Below are positions 1-10,682 of a stretch of 64,000 bases of DNA, piece after piece. The stretch is taken from NCBI GenBank assembly GCA_050246755.1, contig JBFWVL010000005.1:128001-192000 (forward strand), given 5' to 3'. The notes below the pieces were generated by a model that made no database searches, was not told where the DNA came from, and saw only the letters and a list, made by a program, of their open reading frames with translations. The stretch is from Bacteriovoracia bacterium. Its GTDB lineage: Bacteria; Bdellovibrionota; UBA1018; CAIPTA01. The translations under genes were made by a program, and so were the position numbers. Positions within the stretch are counted from its first letter, which is position 1; the number at the start of each line of letters is the position of its first letter.

Positions 1-78
1 CGGAACCTCGGAATCCTTCCCAAGATCACGCGGCCCCTGAAGAAAACCAGTATCTACCGGATGCTGATGCGCCAGTAA
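1..78 (+). CDS. 3' end of a CDS entering from outside the window
   Basis: Frame 1 is open from base 1 to TAA at 76-78 (…RNLGILPKITRPLKKTSIYRMLMRQ*). Confidence 0.4.
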   Translation, partial: RNLGILPKITRPLKKTSIYRMLMRQ

Positions 79-94
79 TGGGGTAAAAGGAGGG

Positions 95-895
95 ATGATG
101 ATTCTTTCTTTGCTCCTGTCTTTCTTGTTCTCTTCCGCCCAAGCTCGCGTGCCGCGGCCCTCCGAATGCCCCGATCTAGACAAGCTCTACCCCAAGCTCG
201 AGGCCACCTACGTGCGCAAGGCGCCCCTGTTCGCCAAGGCGGGTTGGGGCAAGCTCCAGGATTGGACCGGAGACGATTTTGAAGATTTCCGCCTCACCAT
301 CCTGCGCTGCCGCGAGCGGGGATTCCTGAAAAAATTCGATCCCGTTTTTCTCGAGTCCGACGTGGAAAAGAAAATTCAGGAAATGAAGCGCGAAGCCTCC
401 CGCCTCAAGGACGATAAAAAAATCGCCGCCACCCTGGCCGAATACCGCGCCAAGATCGACTCGCTCGCCAAGAATCTAAACGAAGAGAAGGCCGCGGAGC
501 TGAAAGACCTCAAGGTGCTCCTGCAGAGGATTACGGGCTTAGACGAATCCAGCTACTTCAATGAATCGGCGAAACTCCAAAATAGGATCGACCTCATCCT
601 GAAGAAGAATCCCGCGGCCAAGAAAGAAGCTCCGCCGAAGACGGAAATCGTTACCGAGGATTTGGAAAAGGCTAGAAAGGCCGAACCGGATAGATTCCAA
701 AAGTGCGAAAGCCTCCGGGCGGACTACGAAGCCCTCGTAGCTGAATCGCTAAGCATTGACAAAAGGAATCTAGCCGAAAAGGAAGTAGAGGCCATGAAAG
801 CGTTGGCCAAGCAAAAGGAAGATGTTTTGCACAAGCTCGAGAGCCTCACCATCCAGATGCGTGAGCTCACCTGCGCGAAGTATTTAGGCAAGTAG
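95..895 (+). CDS. Secreted helical hypothetical protein
   Basis: GGAGG RBS, signal peptide ending AQA, charged coiled-coil-like body. Confidence 0.75.
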   Translation: MMILSLLLSFLFSSAQARVPRPSECPDLDKLYPKLEATYVRKAPLFAKAGWGKLQDWTGDDFEDFRLTILRCRERGFLKKFDPVFLESDVEKKIQEMKREASRLKDDKKIAATLAEYRAKIDSLAKNLNEEKAAELKDLKVLLQRITGLDESSYFNESAKLQNRIDLILKKNPAAKKEAPPKTEIVTEDLEKARKAEPDRFQKCESLRADYEALVAESLSIDKRNLAEKEVEAMKALAKQKEDVLHKLESLTIQMRELTCAKYLGK

Positions 896-899
896 TGGG

Positions 900-1985
900 C
901 TATTGCAGGGATTTTCTCGTGGAGAAAATTTTCTCGAGTCCCAGAGGTTCCGGGGAGCCCCATTCGATTCCAGCCTGATCCGTTTCGAGGGCGGTGGTCA
1001 GCTTCCATTTGCGGGTCCTTTTGTCCCGGTTGTAGAGGCGTACCTGCATGTCTCCCGTGAGCGCTTCGTAGTCGTAGAACATCGCGCCCCGCGGGGTGGT
1101 GAAGGAGAGAAGCAGGAATTTTTCCTGGGGGGCGAAGGCCGAGATCTCTATCTTCTGGCCGTGCTTATTGATCGCAGTTATTTCCCACTTACCCCAGCGG
1201 ATATCGAACTTCACGTTGTCGCCGTCGGTGGTGCGGAAAATATAGTCTTTGCCCTCGTGGTGCAGGCCGATGCAAAGGCCGGCGAAAAGAGAGAAAGCAG
1301 AAAAAATCTTCGGTTTGCCGCCGCCGGCCGCGAGGGTGGTGCCGGGAGAATTCTTAAAATTATTGGAAACGAGCCAGCTCCACCATTCGGGAAACTTTCT
1401 TCCCCAGTTCCGGTCCTGGTAGGCGGGGGCGTCCTTTAGGTCGTAGTCGCGGCCGCGGAAGTGGATGGTTCCGGTCATCGTAGCGCCGGCCTGGGCGGGA
1501 TACCAGTAAATGCTCGAAAGCTCGGGCACGCGCATCGCCCAGCCCATCGCATCGAAGGTCCAGTTCTTCTTGATGTCGAGATTCCAGGAAATAGGGTTGC
1601 CTTGCTCGTCCACGATGGAGCCCGTGATGTTCTTGTCGGAGGCGGTATTGCCGGCGATATCCACCGCGGTGGCGTCTTTGCGCGCGCTGAAGTCGGTGAG
1701 GGGAAACGCTTTTTCGACCGAGATTTTCTGCGAAAAGGAACCGGCCTGCACGAGGCTCTTCGTGCCGCCTTTTTTCCCCGTTTTGTCTCCAGGATTTACG
1801 ATGCCGTAGGTGAAGAAGAAGGCTTCGTTGGTAACGGGATCCACCACTTTGTAGTACCACCACTCGTACCAGTCGCCCTTGTCGCCCGCCTTGTAGCGGT
1901 AGGTATTGAAGGGATCGGCCTTCTCGGCGGCGATCACGGAAAGCGGTAAAAACGATAGGGCCAGCAACAGCGCGAATATTTTCAT
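900..1985 (-). CDS. Secreted tocopherol cyclase-like (VTE1/CrtC-like) protein
   Basis: Signal peptide; WYEWWYY and YQDRNWG motifs typical of the family. Confidence 0.7.
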   Translation of the reverse strand: MKIFALLLALSFLPLSVIAAEKADPFNTYRYKAGDKGDWYEWWYYKVVDPVTNEAFFFTYGIVNPGDKTGKKGGTKSLVQAGSFSQKISVEKAFPLTDFSARKDATAVDIAGNTASDKNITGSIVDEQGNPISWNLDIKKNWTFDAMGWAMRVPELSSIYWYPAQAGATMTGTIHFRGRDYDLKDAPAYQDRNWGRKFPEWWSWLVSNNFKNSPGTTLAAGGGKPKIFSAFSLFAGLCIGLHHEGKDYIFRTTDGDNVKFDIRWGKWEITAINKHGQKIEISAFAPQEKFLLLSFTTPRGAMFYDYEALTGDMQVRLYNRDKRTRKWKLTTALETDQAGIEWGSPEPLGLEKIFSTRKSLQ

Positions 1986-2203
1986 CTTAGAAAAGTATCG
2001 ACGCGCAGCAGAGCTTCGTTAACTAAAAATTAGTTAATTTACCGGGTGGGCAGGTTGATTTCGGGTGGATTTCTTTCTCTTCGCCTAAATTATTCCTGTT
2101 CCGGTCCGAACCTGTAATCTTTTCCAACGCTCTGCGTTGATGGTGGGATTTCTGGCCTTTTCCGAATTCCTTCCCATACACTGAATCCTCACGGAGGGAT
2201 TTT

Positions 2204-3238
2204 ATGAAAGCATTGTTTTTACTCGTAGGGATTCTCATTGGCTCGGCGGCCTCCGCCTCTTCGGGACTGGTGATCCACACCGCTGAATTCGGCGTGGGCA
2301 AGTTTCACCGCCAGGATAATAAAGTGCATCGCTACGAAGCCGGCAATGCTTGGTCCTCTTTTATTCTGAAAGAAGGCGCGGATACCAACCGCCCGCTTAC
2401 CCAAAAAAATGCCGACGGTTCTTTCACCGTATTTTTTTCTACCCTCGATGAGCTGATCGCGAATGTGACGGCGATTGCGAAGAGCGAAAACAAGAAAGTT
2501 TCCGTGCTCAACGTGCACGGGCACGGAATGCCCGGTGCGATGTGGTTTCCGGCCAATGAGCAAGACCTCCGGGGCATCGCCTGCTGGCAGTGGTCGAACG
2601 CCGCGAGTGGCAGCGATATGGACAACTACAACCAGTACTATTCGGCCGTATCCGTAGACGATATCCGCCAGATGCGCCAGATCTCGAATAATCCCACTCT
2701 GCGCATGGGCTGCACCGTGGGCCTGCCCGAGTGGCAGCAGGGCGTGGCGAAGGCCCCCGAGTTCAAGAATATTTTCGCCGAAGACGCCCAGATCCATTTC
2801 GTTTCCTGCATCGTGGGCTTGGGCACTCGGGGCGATGCGTTTACGAAAGGCGTGGCCGAGCTTCTCTTGCCTAAGGGCGGCCGGGCTTATTCCTCGATGA
2901 ATTTTGGTCTCGGCGATTGGTCGATGCCCCAAGGCATGGGCTTCTGGGACATGCAAAGCGAAGAGCAAGTGAACCGCGACGGCGTTACGTACGTAGCGAA
3001 TAAGCGCGACAGCGAGATCGCCCAGAAAGGCACGATTCGCGTGGCCTCCAATAACGGGGCCGCGTGGGTGAGCGCGCTGCTCGCGAACCGCGATTTCTTG
3101 CTCCTCAGTGCGGAGCCGGCCGCGTTTTTGTCTTCGTCGGAAGAGATTTCCGTTTTCGATACCGGCTCGCTGGAAGCGCTTCCTAGTTCCGTGCGCGTTC
3201 CGGGAACGAATGCCTACGTCGGTGTCGAGCTTCGCTAG
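2204..3238 (+). CDS. Secreted hypothetical protein, possibly DUF4347/caspase-like fold
   Basis: GGAGG RBS, signal peptide, LNVHGHG and HFVSC motifs (possible His/Cys dyad). Confidence 0.6.
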   Translation: MKALFLLVGILIGSAASASSGLVIHTAEFGVGKFHRQDNKVHRYEAGNAWSSFILKEGADTNRPLTQKNADGSFTVFFSTLDELIANVTAIAKSENKKVSVLNVHGHGMPGAMWFPANEQDLRGIACWQWSNAASGSDMDNYNQYYSAVSVDDIRQMRQISNNPTLRMGCTVGLPEWQQGVAKAPEFKNIFAEDAQIHFVSCIVGLGTRGDAFTKGVAELLLPKGGRAYSSMNFGLGDWSMPQGMGFWDMQSEEQVNRDGVTYVANKRDSEIAQKGTIRVASNNGAAWVSALLANRDFLLLSAEPAAFLSSSEEISVFDTGSLEALPSSVRVPGTNAYVGVELR

Positions 3239-3239
3239 C

Positions 3240-5171
3240 CTAGGGCTTCAGCTTTCGCAGGTAAAAATCCTGGCCGAGGTCAATATCCCCGGCCCGGGGT
3301 TTTTCCAGCGACGAATGAAAGAAAAACCAGTCGGCGCTTGGTGGAATATTCAGCAGGCCACGGTCGAAATCATTGGTGGGCAGCACCACGCGGCTTAGCT
3401 TGGGCCCAAATAAAATATATTCGGGTTGGTCACCGGGAATTCTCGTAGCCAGCTGGCCTCGTTCGGGCAAGTTCTGTTCGAGTTTTTGGTATACGGAGAG
3501 AAAGTTGCCCCGGTTCCGCATCATTTGCTCAAGGCGAGAGCCCTGCGGGAAAAAGCTTTGGTTGTTTCGGTGGGCAATAGAGTAAACGTTCTGCGCGTAG
3601 AGAAATGCCAGGAGCACTACGCTAATAGTCCGCAGGCTTTTACTTCGCCAGGCGAGCTCCAGCCCTCTCGCGAGCAAGGGCACCAAAAAAATCAGCGCCG
3701 CCGAGAAATGTCGACCGTGCCAGGGATCATACCAAACCGTAAAGGAGTGAAAAAGGAAAAGGCCGAGGGCAGGCATGGACCAAGCCAGTAAAGTGGCTTT
3801 TTGCTCTTCCTTGCGAAGAAAAATAGCCACCGCGTATAGGGCAAGCAAGACGTACACAAACCCCGAATAAACCGGGTCTTCGTGGGCCAGCGAGGGCCGC
3901 TCGATGGTAAATTCTCCGCTGAGTTTGCCGGCGCGCAAGTCTTGGCCGAGAATTTTATTTCCTAGGTTAAGTCCGGCCGAGCGCCAGGCCTGTACCAGCC
4001 AATCCGCGGCCTTTATGCCGGGCCAGCCGTCGGGCGTGAGAGCATCAATCCCAAAGCGAAAAACGTTTTTGGTGCCTTCTTCGAGCATGTCCCCCGAGGT
4101 CAGCTTGTGCTGGGCTATCACGTCGGCCGGGCCGATTAGGCTGCCGTAGCGGAAAATATTCTTTCCGTACCCACAGCTGAAAAATAAAACCGCGGCGAGC
4201 AGGGCGCCCACGCAAGTACCAGGCGTTAGTTTTATTTTTTTATTTTTGTCGCGCATCACGTACGCCGCCACCGCCCAAACGGGAATTAAGGGCAGTGCCG
4301 TGCCTTTGGCGGCCGTGGCGAGTGCTAGGGAAATCAGCGAAATCGCGTTGGCCTGGCGGTGCTGGGAAAATAGGAAATAAAACGAGATGGCGCCGTAAGC
4401 CGTAACTAGCACATCGTTTCTTTCCGCCGTGGCGCCTAGCATCTGAATCAACGGGAAAAGAGAGAGGCTGGCAACCAGAAAAGCGCGCAGCGGAGTGCTG
4501 GCTTCTGCGTGTCCGGTGCGAGGAAAGAGGGCTTTCGCTATTCCGTAAATGGCCAGCGCGGTGATCATCCAGGCTAGGAACTGGGGTAGGAAGAGGAAGT
4601 GTTCGTTCGCGCCCACCAGGATGGAAAAAATCAGCCAGGCGGGGCCAAGCGTGGGATGCGTGATTTGCGGCCAGTAGGGCGTGGGGTAGGAGGCAAAGGA
4701 ATCAAACTGTAAAAAATAGAGCGCGCGGGGGAGATGGTAGGAAAGTACGTCCCAGTTGCCCGGTACGTTGAGCATGGCGGAAAAAAAATTCAGGGCCGCG
4801 AGAAAAAGAATCGGAATCGCCCAAAGTAGAGAATTACTTTTCCAGGATAAGGCACCCGCATCCGCCTGGAGCCTTATTTTCCACGGTTCGGCGAGAAAGG
4901 AGAAGGTAGCGCTCGCCATGAGCCACCACAGTGGATGAGAGAGGTTTTCGGCGAGGGATAGCAGGAGGGCGGTCCCGTAGACCTCCAGCGTAAAAGCTAG
5001 AAATACCAAAAGCATCCGTTCGATTGCTTCTTCCGCAAAGCGCAATGCAAAAGAACCGGCGGAGAAGGCAAAGAGGGAAAAAATCAGCAGGCCGAGCATT
5101 CCAGCTATTCTAGTAGAACAAAAAGAAATTGTAGATATTCTTAATAGGTAATCGTCGACGAGCGACGCCAA
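3240..5171 (-). CDS. Polytopic membrane GT-C/ArnT-like glycosyltransferase (true start probably near 5099)
   Basis: Many TM helices; NWDVLSYHLPR motif in the first loop. Confidence 0.6.
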   Translation of the reverse strand: MASLVDDYLLRISTISFCSTRIAGMLGLLIFSLFAFSAGSFALRFAEEAIERMLLVFLAFTLEVYGTALLLSLAENLSHPLWWLMASATFSFLAEPWKIRLQADAGALSWKSNSLLWAIPILFLAALNFFSAMLNVPGNWDVLSYHLPRALYFLQFDSFASYPTPYWPQITHPTLGPAWLIFSILVGANEHFLFLPQFLAWMITALAIYGIAKALFPRTGHAEASTPLRAFLVASLSLFPLIQMLGATAERNDVLVTAYGAISFYFLFSQHRQANAISLISLALATAAKGTALPLIPVWAVAAYVMRDKNKKIKLTPGTCVGALLAAVLFFSCGYGKNIFRYGSLIGPADVIAQHKLTSGDMLEEGTKNVFRFGIDALTPDGWPGIKAADWLVQAWRSAGLNLGNKILGQDLRAGKLSGEFTIERPSLAHEDPVYSGFVYVLLALYAVAIFLRKEEQKATLLAWSMPALGLFLFHSFTVWYDPWHGRHFSAALIFLVPLLARGLELAWRSKSLRTISVVLLAFLYAQNVYSIAHRNNQSFFPQGSRLEQMMRNRGNFLSVYQKLEQNLPERGQLATRIPGDQPEYILFGPKLSRVVLPTNDFDRGLLNIPPSADWFFFHSSLEKPRAGDIDLGQDFYLRKLKP

Positions 5172-5263
5172 GAATTCGGGCGATTTGCCGATCTGGCCAT
5201 CCCCGGCCGTGGCGGACGTTTCGGCGCCATCGGCAGGAACGATATTCTAGTGACCCCGGGGCT

Positions 5264-5653
5264 CTACTGCAGGGGCGTCTCGGTATGGTGGGCGCAAGCC
5301 CATTTTCCGCTTTTTCTTACCCAGGTGGAAGTGTCCACGGCGTTCAGGGACTGCTCCTTCCCTTTGACGGTCATATCTGCCTTCACCTGATACGCGATTA
5401 CGGCGAGGTTTTCGTTTATCAGGCGCACGGTTGGCTCGTCTTTGAAAGCCACGTGCACGGGATTATCTTTTTGGCTTTCGAACATCTCTTCGAATTGTTT
5501 CCGGTCTACTAAGCGGGCGCCCTGAGGGCCCGCCAAAAGGCAGGGAAAATCCGTCAGATCCAGCGCAGCATTCAGGTCGTGGTCCTGCATGGCTTGCCAG
5601 TATTTCTTTTCCAGGCCGATGAGTTCATTTGTCAATGGGGAATTTTTTTCCAT
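5264..5653 (-). CDS. NTF2-like/DUF4440 protein
   Basis: 129 aa, GGAGG RBS, C-terminal TWVRKSGKWACAHH typical of SnoaL/NTF2-like proteins. Confidence 0.8.
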   Translation of the reverse strand: MEKNSPLTNELIGLEKKYWQAMQDHDLNAALDLTDFPCLLAGPQGARLVDRKQFEEMFESQKDNPVHVAFKDEPTVRLINENLAVIAYQVKADMTVKGKEQSLNAVDTSTWVRKSGKWACAHHTETPLQ

Positions 5654-5691
5654 AGTGCCTCCAAATTAGGGTTCTTGCGCGAAGGCGTGCA

Positions 5692-7029
5692 TTGCATATG
5701 CCACACACGCACGAAAGCCCCGGGAACGGCAAATCGCCCATATTGCAGGGCCTTCCCAAATTCTTGATATGCTTCGTCGTTTATGGTCAGTTGAGGTTCA
5801 TGTGGACGAGTCTTTCCCTCCTGCGCCCAAAATTTCTGGGAATTTTCCTTCTGCTGGGTTTTGTGTCGGGGTTTTGGGTTGTGCCGCGGATTATCCGGAT
5901 TCCGGAGCCACAAAATGAAGCCCGTTTTCATCACCACCTGGGAGATGGATTCACCGAGCTTGGCGTGGTCAACGCCCATTTGTACTGGAAGCAAAATGGG
6001 TATGCGGCCACTAGTTTTTTACCGTGCATAACCGATTCCCACTTGGGTAGAAATGATTGCCCTCTCTATACGCATTACCCGGCGGGATTTTATTTATTTT
6101 CCTCCCTGCTGCTCGATGGCTTTGAAAAACTATTCGATGCAAGCACGGCGCTCCAGGCCACGCGGTATTTTTTGTACTTTCTTTCTCTCTCGCTGTCTGC
6201 CCTGGCGCTATTTCTTTTGTCCGAAGCATTGGGCCTGGGCATGCTTGCGACCGTCGTGGCCACCGCGACCCTCGGCCTATCGCGGGGTTTCTGGCTCTTT
6301 GCCGACAATCTATTCGGCAATGGTTTCGTGCTTTCGCTCTTTGGCATTCTAGTAGCCCTTATGCTCGGAAAGAAAAATCGCTTCGGGTGTTTTTTTCTCC
6401 TCTCGATAACCACAACGTTTTTTTCCGTGGAGCTGATTCCCGCGCTCTTTCTGTTGCCTGGGCTGCGGTGGATTTTTGCGCGTGAAATTAAAAAAAGAGA
6501 ACTTTTCTGCTACTGGGCGCTGGCCGCCGGCGCCGTGGCACTCATTATGGGAATTCGTATTTTGCAGAATGCCTGGTACGTGGGCAATCTCGGGAGCGCT
6601 GTGAGCGACTGGGTAGGCGTGGTGCGGTTTCGGGTGGCGGGCGGCACCTACGCAACCGCACCGGCCGAGCAGCGCATCGACGTTGCCTTCGACGAAAAGT
6701 TTTTCCGGAGTTTTCTCCCGGTATGGGTGGATCACCAGAGGCTTTTGGTCACCAAGCTGGGCCTATTGCTGCTATGGGGCGGGCTAGGTTTTTTGGCCGC
6801 TTTTCGGCAAAAGCGGGAGTTTCTGCTGTTGTTCGCTACTTATTTAATTGCTCTGCAATGGAGCTTCCTTTTTGTGCAGCATTCTATGATTCATCTATTC
6901 ACCGTTCGTTACGTAATCTGGGCGCTCGCGCTCAGCGCGGCGCTACTCACGGAGTTTATGGCGAGGCATTTAGGAATTTCTAGGGTTGAATCGCATACGA
7001 AAAATGATCAAACCGAAGTGGCGGTGTAG
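5692..7029 (+). CDS. Polytopic membrane protein, GT-C-like
   Basis: Multiple TM segments with a YTHYP loop motif; the start may lie further downstream. Confidence 0.55.
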   Translation: MHMPHTHESPGNGKSPILQGLPKFLICFVVYGQLRFMWTSLSLLRPKFLGIFLLLGFVSGFWVVPRIIRIPEPQNEARFHHHLGDGFTELGVVNAHLYWKQNGYAATSFLPCITDSHLGRNDCPLYTHYPAGFYLFSSLLLDGFEKLFDASTALQATRYFLYFLSLSLSALALFLLSEALGLGMLATVVATATLGLSRGFWLFADNLFGNGFVLSLFGILVALMLGKKNRFGCFFLLSITTTFFSVELIPALFLLPGLRWIFAREIKKRELFCYWALAAGAVALIMGIRILQNAWYVGNLGSAVSDWVGVVRFRVAGGTYATAPAEQRIDVAFDEKFFRSFLPVWVDHQRLLVTKLGLLLLWGGLGFLAAFRQKREFLLLFATYLIALQWSFLFVQHSMIHLFTVRYVIWALALSAALLTEFMARHLGISRVESHTKNDQTEVAV

Positions 7030-7081
7030 TAAAGCTGGGGTGTTTCTTGAGAAAATGCCTGGCCGAGCTTATTCTCCTCGA

Positions 7082-8119
7082 ATGATCAAAACCAAAGGTT
7101 ACGCCGCCACTTCCGCCAATGCCCCCCTGATGCCCTACGAGTTCGAGCGCCGCGAGCCCCGGCCCGACGACGTAGTAATCGAGATCAGCCACTGTGGCAT
7201 TTGCCATTCCGATATCCATACCGTGCGCAGCGAGTGGGGGCCGGCCGAATACCCTTGCGTGCCGGGCCACGAGATCGTGGGCCACGTGGTGCAAGTTGGC
7301 AAAAAAGTGAAGCGCTTCAAGGTTGGGGATCTCGCCGGCGTGGGCTGTCTCGTGAATTCCTGCGGGAAATGCCCGGCATGCAAAGCCAACGAGGAGCAAT
7401 TCTGCCCGAACGGAGTTTTCACCTACGACCGTAAAGATTACGACGGCACCGTTACCAAGGGCGGTTACTCCACCTGCATCGTGGTGCGCGATAAGTTCAC
7501 GCTCAAGATAAAAAAAGACCAGCCGCTCGAGCGGATCGCGCCGCTTCTCTGCGCGGGCATCACCACCTATTCCCCGCTCAAGCGCTTCGGCACCAAAAAA
7601 GGCAAAAAAGTAGGCGTGGTTGGTTTGGGCGGCTTAGGGCATATGGCCGTCAAGATCGCGGCCGCCATGGGCGCGGAAGTAACGGTATTCAGTACCTCGC
7701 CCGATAAAGAAAAAGACGCGCGGAAGCTCGGCGCGAAGAAGTTCGTGGTCACCCGGGATCCGAAAAATTTTGCTTCCCTAGCCGGATCCCTCGATCTCAT
7801 CATCGACACCGTGTCCGCGAGGCACGATTTCACGCCCTACCTCGGCACACTGAAAACGGGCGGCACGCACGTGTTGGTGGGGGCTTCCCCGGATCCGAAC
7901 GAGGTGCAGGCCTTCGCGCTGATCTTCGGGCGCAAGCATCTTGCGGGTTCCTTGATCGGCGGATTGAAAGAGACCCAAGAAATGCTGGATTTCTGTGCGA
8001 AGAAAAAAGTATTCGCCGATATCGAGCTGATCCCCGCTTCGCGGATCAATGAGGCCTACGAGCGCACTATCAAGAGCCAGGTGAAGTACCGCTTCGTGAT
8101 CGACGCGAAAACTTTCTAG
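7082..8119 (+). CDS. NADP-dependent Zn alcohol dehydrogenase (CAD/AdhC-like)
   Basis: CGICHSD, GHEIVG, structural Zn CxxCxxC…C and GLGGLG; start placed at ATG 7082. Confidence 0.95.
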   Translation: MIKTKGYAATSANAPLMPYEFERREPRPDDVVIEISHCGICHSDIHTVRSEWGPAEYPCVPGHEIVGHVVQVGKKVKRFKVGDLAGVGCLVNSCGKCPACKANEEQFCPNGVFTYDRKDYDGTVTKGGYSTCIVVRDKFTLKIKKDQPLERIAPLLCAGITTYSPLKRFGTKKGKKVGVVGLGGLGHMAVKIAAAMGAEVTVFSTSPDKEKDARKLGAKKFVVTRDPKNFASLAGSLDLIIDTVSARHDFTPYLGTLKTGGTHVLVGASPDPNEVQAFALIFGRKHLAGSLIGGLKETQEMLDFCAKKKVFADIELIPASRINEAYERTIKSQVKYRFVIDAKTF

Positions 8120-8127
8120 CGGGGAAC

Positions 8128-10596
8128 TTATTGTTCGCTATTTCCCTCGGAAGTATCCGGTTCTTCTTCCGGTGGGTTTTCCTCGGGGATATCTTGTTCC
8201 CGGATGATGGGTTCGTCGTAGGGCTCTAAGCCAAAGATTTGCTTGTAGCCTTTGGAGTCCGGATCGTTTTTGTCCCAGCTTTTCATTTGATTCTTGTGCT
8301 CTTTAAGGATGTATTTTGCCAAAGCTTCGGGGAAGGGGCCGCCGAAACGGTCTCCCGTAAGCATGTCGTTGGTATCGTTCATACGCGTTTCATTAAAGGG
8401 ATAATAAAACTTTTCCTTCCCGAAAAGCTGGAAGAAACGTGGGCTGGCGTCGGAATCGTCGCGGATATCGTATTGGGAGAAGTCGAAGTACTGTTTGGCT
8501 AGAGCTTCGTATCGATCGAAAGCGTGGCGGCCTGGATTGGCCTCGTCGAAAGCTTGCACTACCGCGGGAGTAAAGTATTTGGCCGCTCCCGATTTTCCGT
8601 CGGGAAAATTAGCGTAGGAACTCGGGCTTTCATCCGTGGAAGAAAGAAAAGGAATGAGGGCCGCCACGGTGGTGGGAGCGAGGCGGAGCTTGGTTTCCAC
8701 TTCCGCGTCCACGCCGCCATGCTCTTTGCTGCTCCCGATTTTTCCTCCCGGGTCCTTTTCTTTTTCTTTGGGCGAAACGAGCGTGTCTTCGTGCCCTTCG
8801 GGCTGGTGGAACTGCCCCACGTAGCCACTTTTTATGTCGCCGTCTAAGTAGAGCACCATATCCTTGGGGCCTAGCGCGGTCTTGGGCTGGTAGAGAAACA
8901 TTTCCTCGTCTTTGAAAAGCAAGGTGCGAAGGGCCTTATAGCCTTCGTGATCGTAATCATTGATATAAGAAGAGCTCTCTTCCAAGAAGGGATAGAGCTC
9001 GCGCCACGGGGGCTTGGAGAATAGTCTTCCCACCGAAACGCGTTTTTCCTTCGGTAAATTATCCAGAAAGTTCAAAAAGGTAATGGGATCGTTTTGAAGC
9101 TTCTCGTCGAGATTGCTGATCATTTCGAAGATGCGGGTAAGTAATGGGTGCGGCGTCATCATATACTGGCGCGTGTAGTTATGGGTGAGAACTTCACGCT
9201 GCTCGGCATTCATTTCATCCAGAAGATCGGCCATGGCCTTTAGGTCTTCGGCGCGGTAGGTGGCGGCTTTTTCGGGATGCTGGGCGAATTTTTGCAAGAG
9301 CTGACCCGCCGGAGTGGCTAGCTTCTTGTCGATGCGCTGGTGGCTGCGTTTGTCCTGGCACTTTTGGTAAGATTCGAACGTGAGCTGGCTCAGCTCTTCT
9401 TTGCAGAGAGCGGCGATCTTGGCGGAAGCCGTAATTTCTTTGTCGCTCGCATCCACCGTGAGGTCGTAGTCGCTATCGTCCCTTTTTGCTTCCACCACTA
9501 ATTTCAGGGCGGAGAAATCTATTTTTATTTGTGGCCGTTCTGGCGCGCGTTCGCGCCCGAGAAAGCTTTGCGACATTCCTTCGCGGCCCATTTCGGTGGA
9601 TTCCGGTATCGGTTGCCCGTTACCAAAAGAGCCCTTGCCGCCCGTGAAATCGGTATTGCTGTCGATTTTTCCGGTCATGGGCCCGGAAGGCTCACCGGCG
9701 GCCGCGTCGCTTGCATCCGCGATCAGGAGGTCGGCGTAGGTGGCTTCCGGCTTTACTCCCATATTGGTGAGCAGGCCATGGAAAAGAAGCGCGGGATCGT
9801 AGACCGGAGCACTCGGCGCGGCCTGTTCTTTATTCGTCACGAGGTCGAGAACGCGTTTCGTCTTTTTCTCGATCAGCACTGGTGCGATGTGGTCCGTATA
9901 GAGCTGCGCGCCGAGCTGAAAATCTTGAGGGGGATAGAGGCCAGCGTCTTGCAGGTGGGCCAACACCAGCTTCGTATTCGATTGGCAGTTACCGCATTTC
10001 TCTTTGGCGAAAAAGTTCGTGAGGTTGCCGTAGTCGCGGCAGTAGTGACGGAAAAAATTCTGGTGCAGGTAGCTCACGGCCTTCTCGATTTTTTCCAGCT
10101 GCTTGAGCTTGGAATCGTTGTAGATTCGCTTAAGCACCGTTTGGTCTTTTTTGTAGCGGCGCAGGGCTTGGGTGAGCAGGGTAAGGTCCGGCGGTTCTTT
10201 GCTCCTTATTTCCGATTGGATCAGGAGCTCGCCGTAAGAATATTTGTGGCCACGCTTCTTTTTGGCGGACAGTAAATTGTCTTGGGCCTTTTCTACGATC
10301 GTTTCCCTGGAGAGCAGCCGGCTCAAGGGGAGGTCTTCTTCTTTCGAAAAATATTTCTCGATCGCGCTCTTGGTAGGTTTTTTCGCCAGGGGCTTCTTCG
10401 GCTCGGGTTGCAGAGCCACGTAGGCACTAAGGCCGGCCGCGTGCACGCCGGCCGAAGCGGCCAGAATTTTTTTGTAGGGAGATTTAAGTTTGGCGTAGTG
10501 ATTCGCGCAGGAACGTTCGCCCACGCGCACTTCGAGGGCCTTGGCCGCGAAGGCGGGAAGCGGACATAGGAGGATGGCCAGCCAGGCAAATCGCAT
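8128..10596 (-). CDS. Large secreted protein with a possible transglutaminase-like domain
   Basis: Signal peptide; GNCQS…DHIAPV…D resembles a Cys-His-Asp triad; acidic C-tail. Confidence 0.55.
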   Translation of the reverse strand: MRFAWLAILLCPLPAFAAKALEVRVGERSCANHYAKLKSPYKKILAASAGVHAAGLSAYVALQPEPKKPLAKKPTKSAIEKYFSKEEDLPLSRLLSRETIVEKAQDNLLSAKKKRGHKYSYGELLIQSEIRSKEPPDLTLLTQALRRYKKDQTVLKRIYNDSKLKQLEKIEKAVSYLHQNFFRHYCRDYGNLTNFFAKEKCGNCQSNTKLVLAHLQDAGLYPPQDFQLGAQLYTDHIAPVLIEKKTKRVLDLVTNKEQAAPSAPVYDPALLFHGLLTNMGVKPEATYADLLIADASDAAAGEPSGPMTGKIDSNTDFTGGKGSFGNGQPIPESTEMGREGMSQSFLGRERAPERPQIKIDFSALKLVVEAKRDDSDYDLTVDASDKEITASAKIAALCKEELSQLTFESYQKCQDKRSHQRIDKKLATPAGQLLQKFAQHPEKAATYRAEDLKAMADLLDEMNAEQREVLTHNYTRQYMMTPHPLLTRIFEMISNLDEKLQNDPITFLNFLDNLPKEKRVSVGRLFSKPPWRELYPFLEESSSYINDYDHEGYKALRTLLFKDEEMFLYQPKTALGPKDMVLYLDGDIKSGYVGQFHQPEGHEDTLVSPKEKEKDPGGKIGSSKEHGGVDAEVETKLRLAPTTVAALIPFLSSTDESPSSYANFPDGKSGAAKYFTPAVVQAFDEANPGRHAFDRYEALAKQYFDFSQYDIRDDSDASPRFFQLFGKEKFYYPFNETRMNDTNDMLTGDRFGGPFPEALAKYILKEHKNQMKSWDKNDPDSKGYKQIFGLEPYDEPIIREQDIPEENPPEEEPDTSEGNSEQ

Positions 10597-10682
10597 ACTT
10601 AGGTATCGGTTTTAGGGCCTTTGGACTGGAGAAATCTCGCCGGGAAAATACCGTTTTCATCGTTTACACGGTTGCGGGAGCC

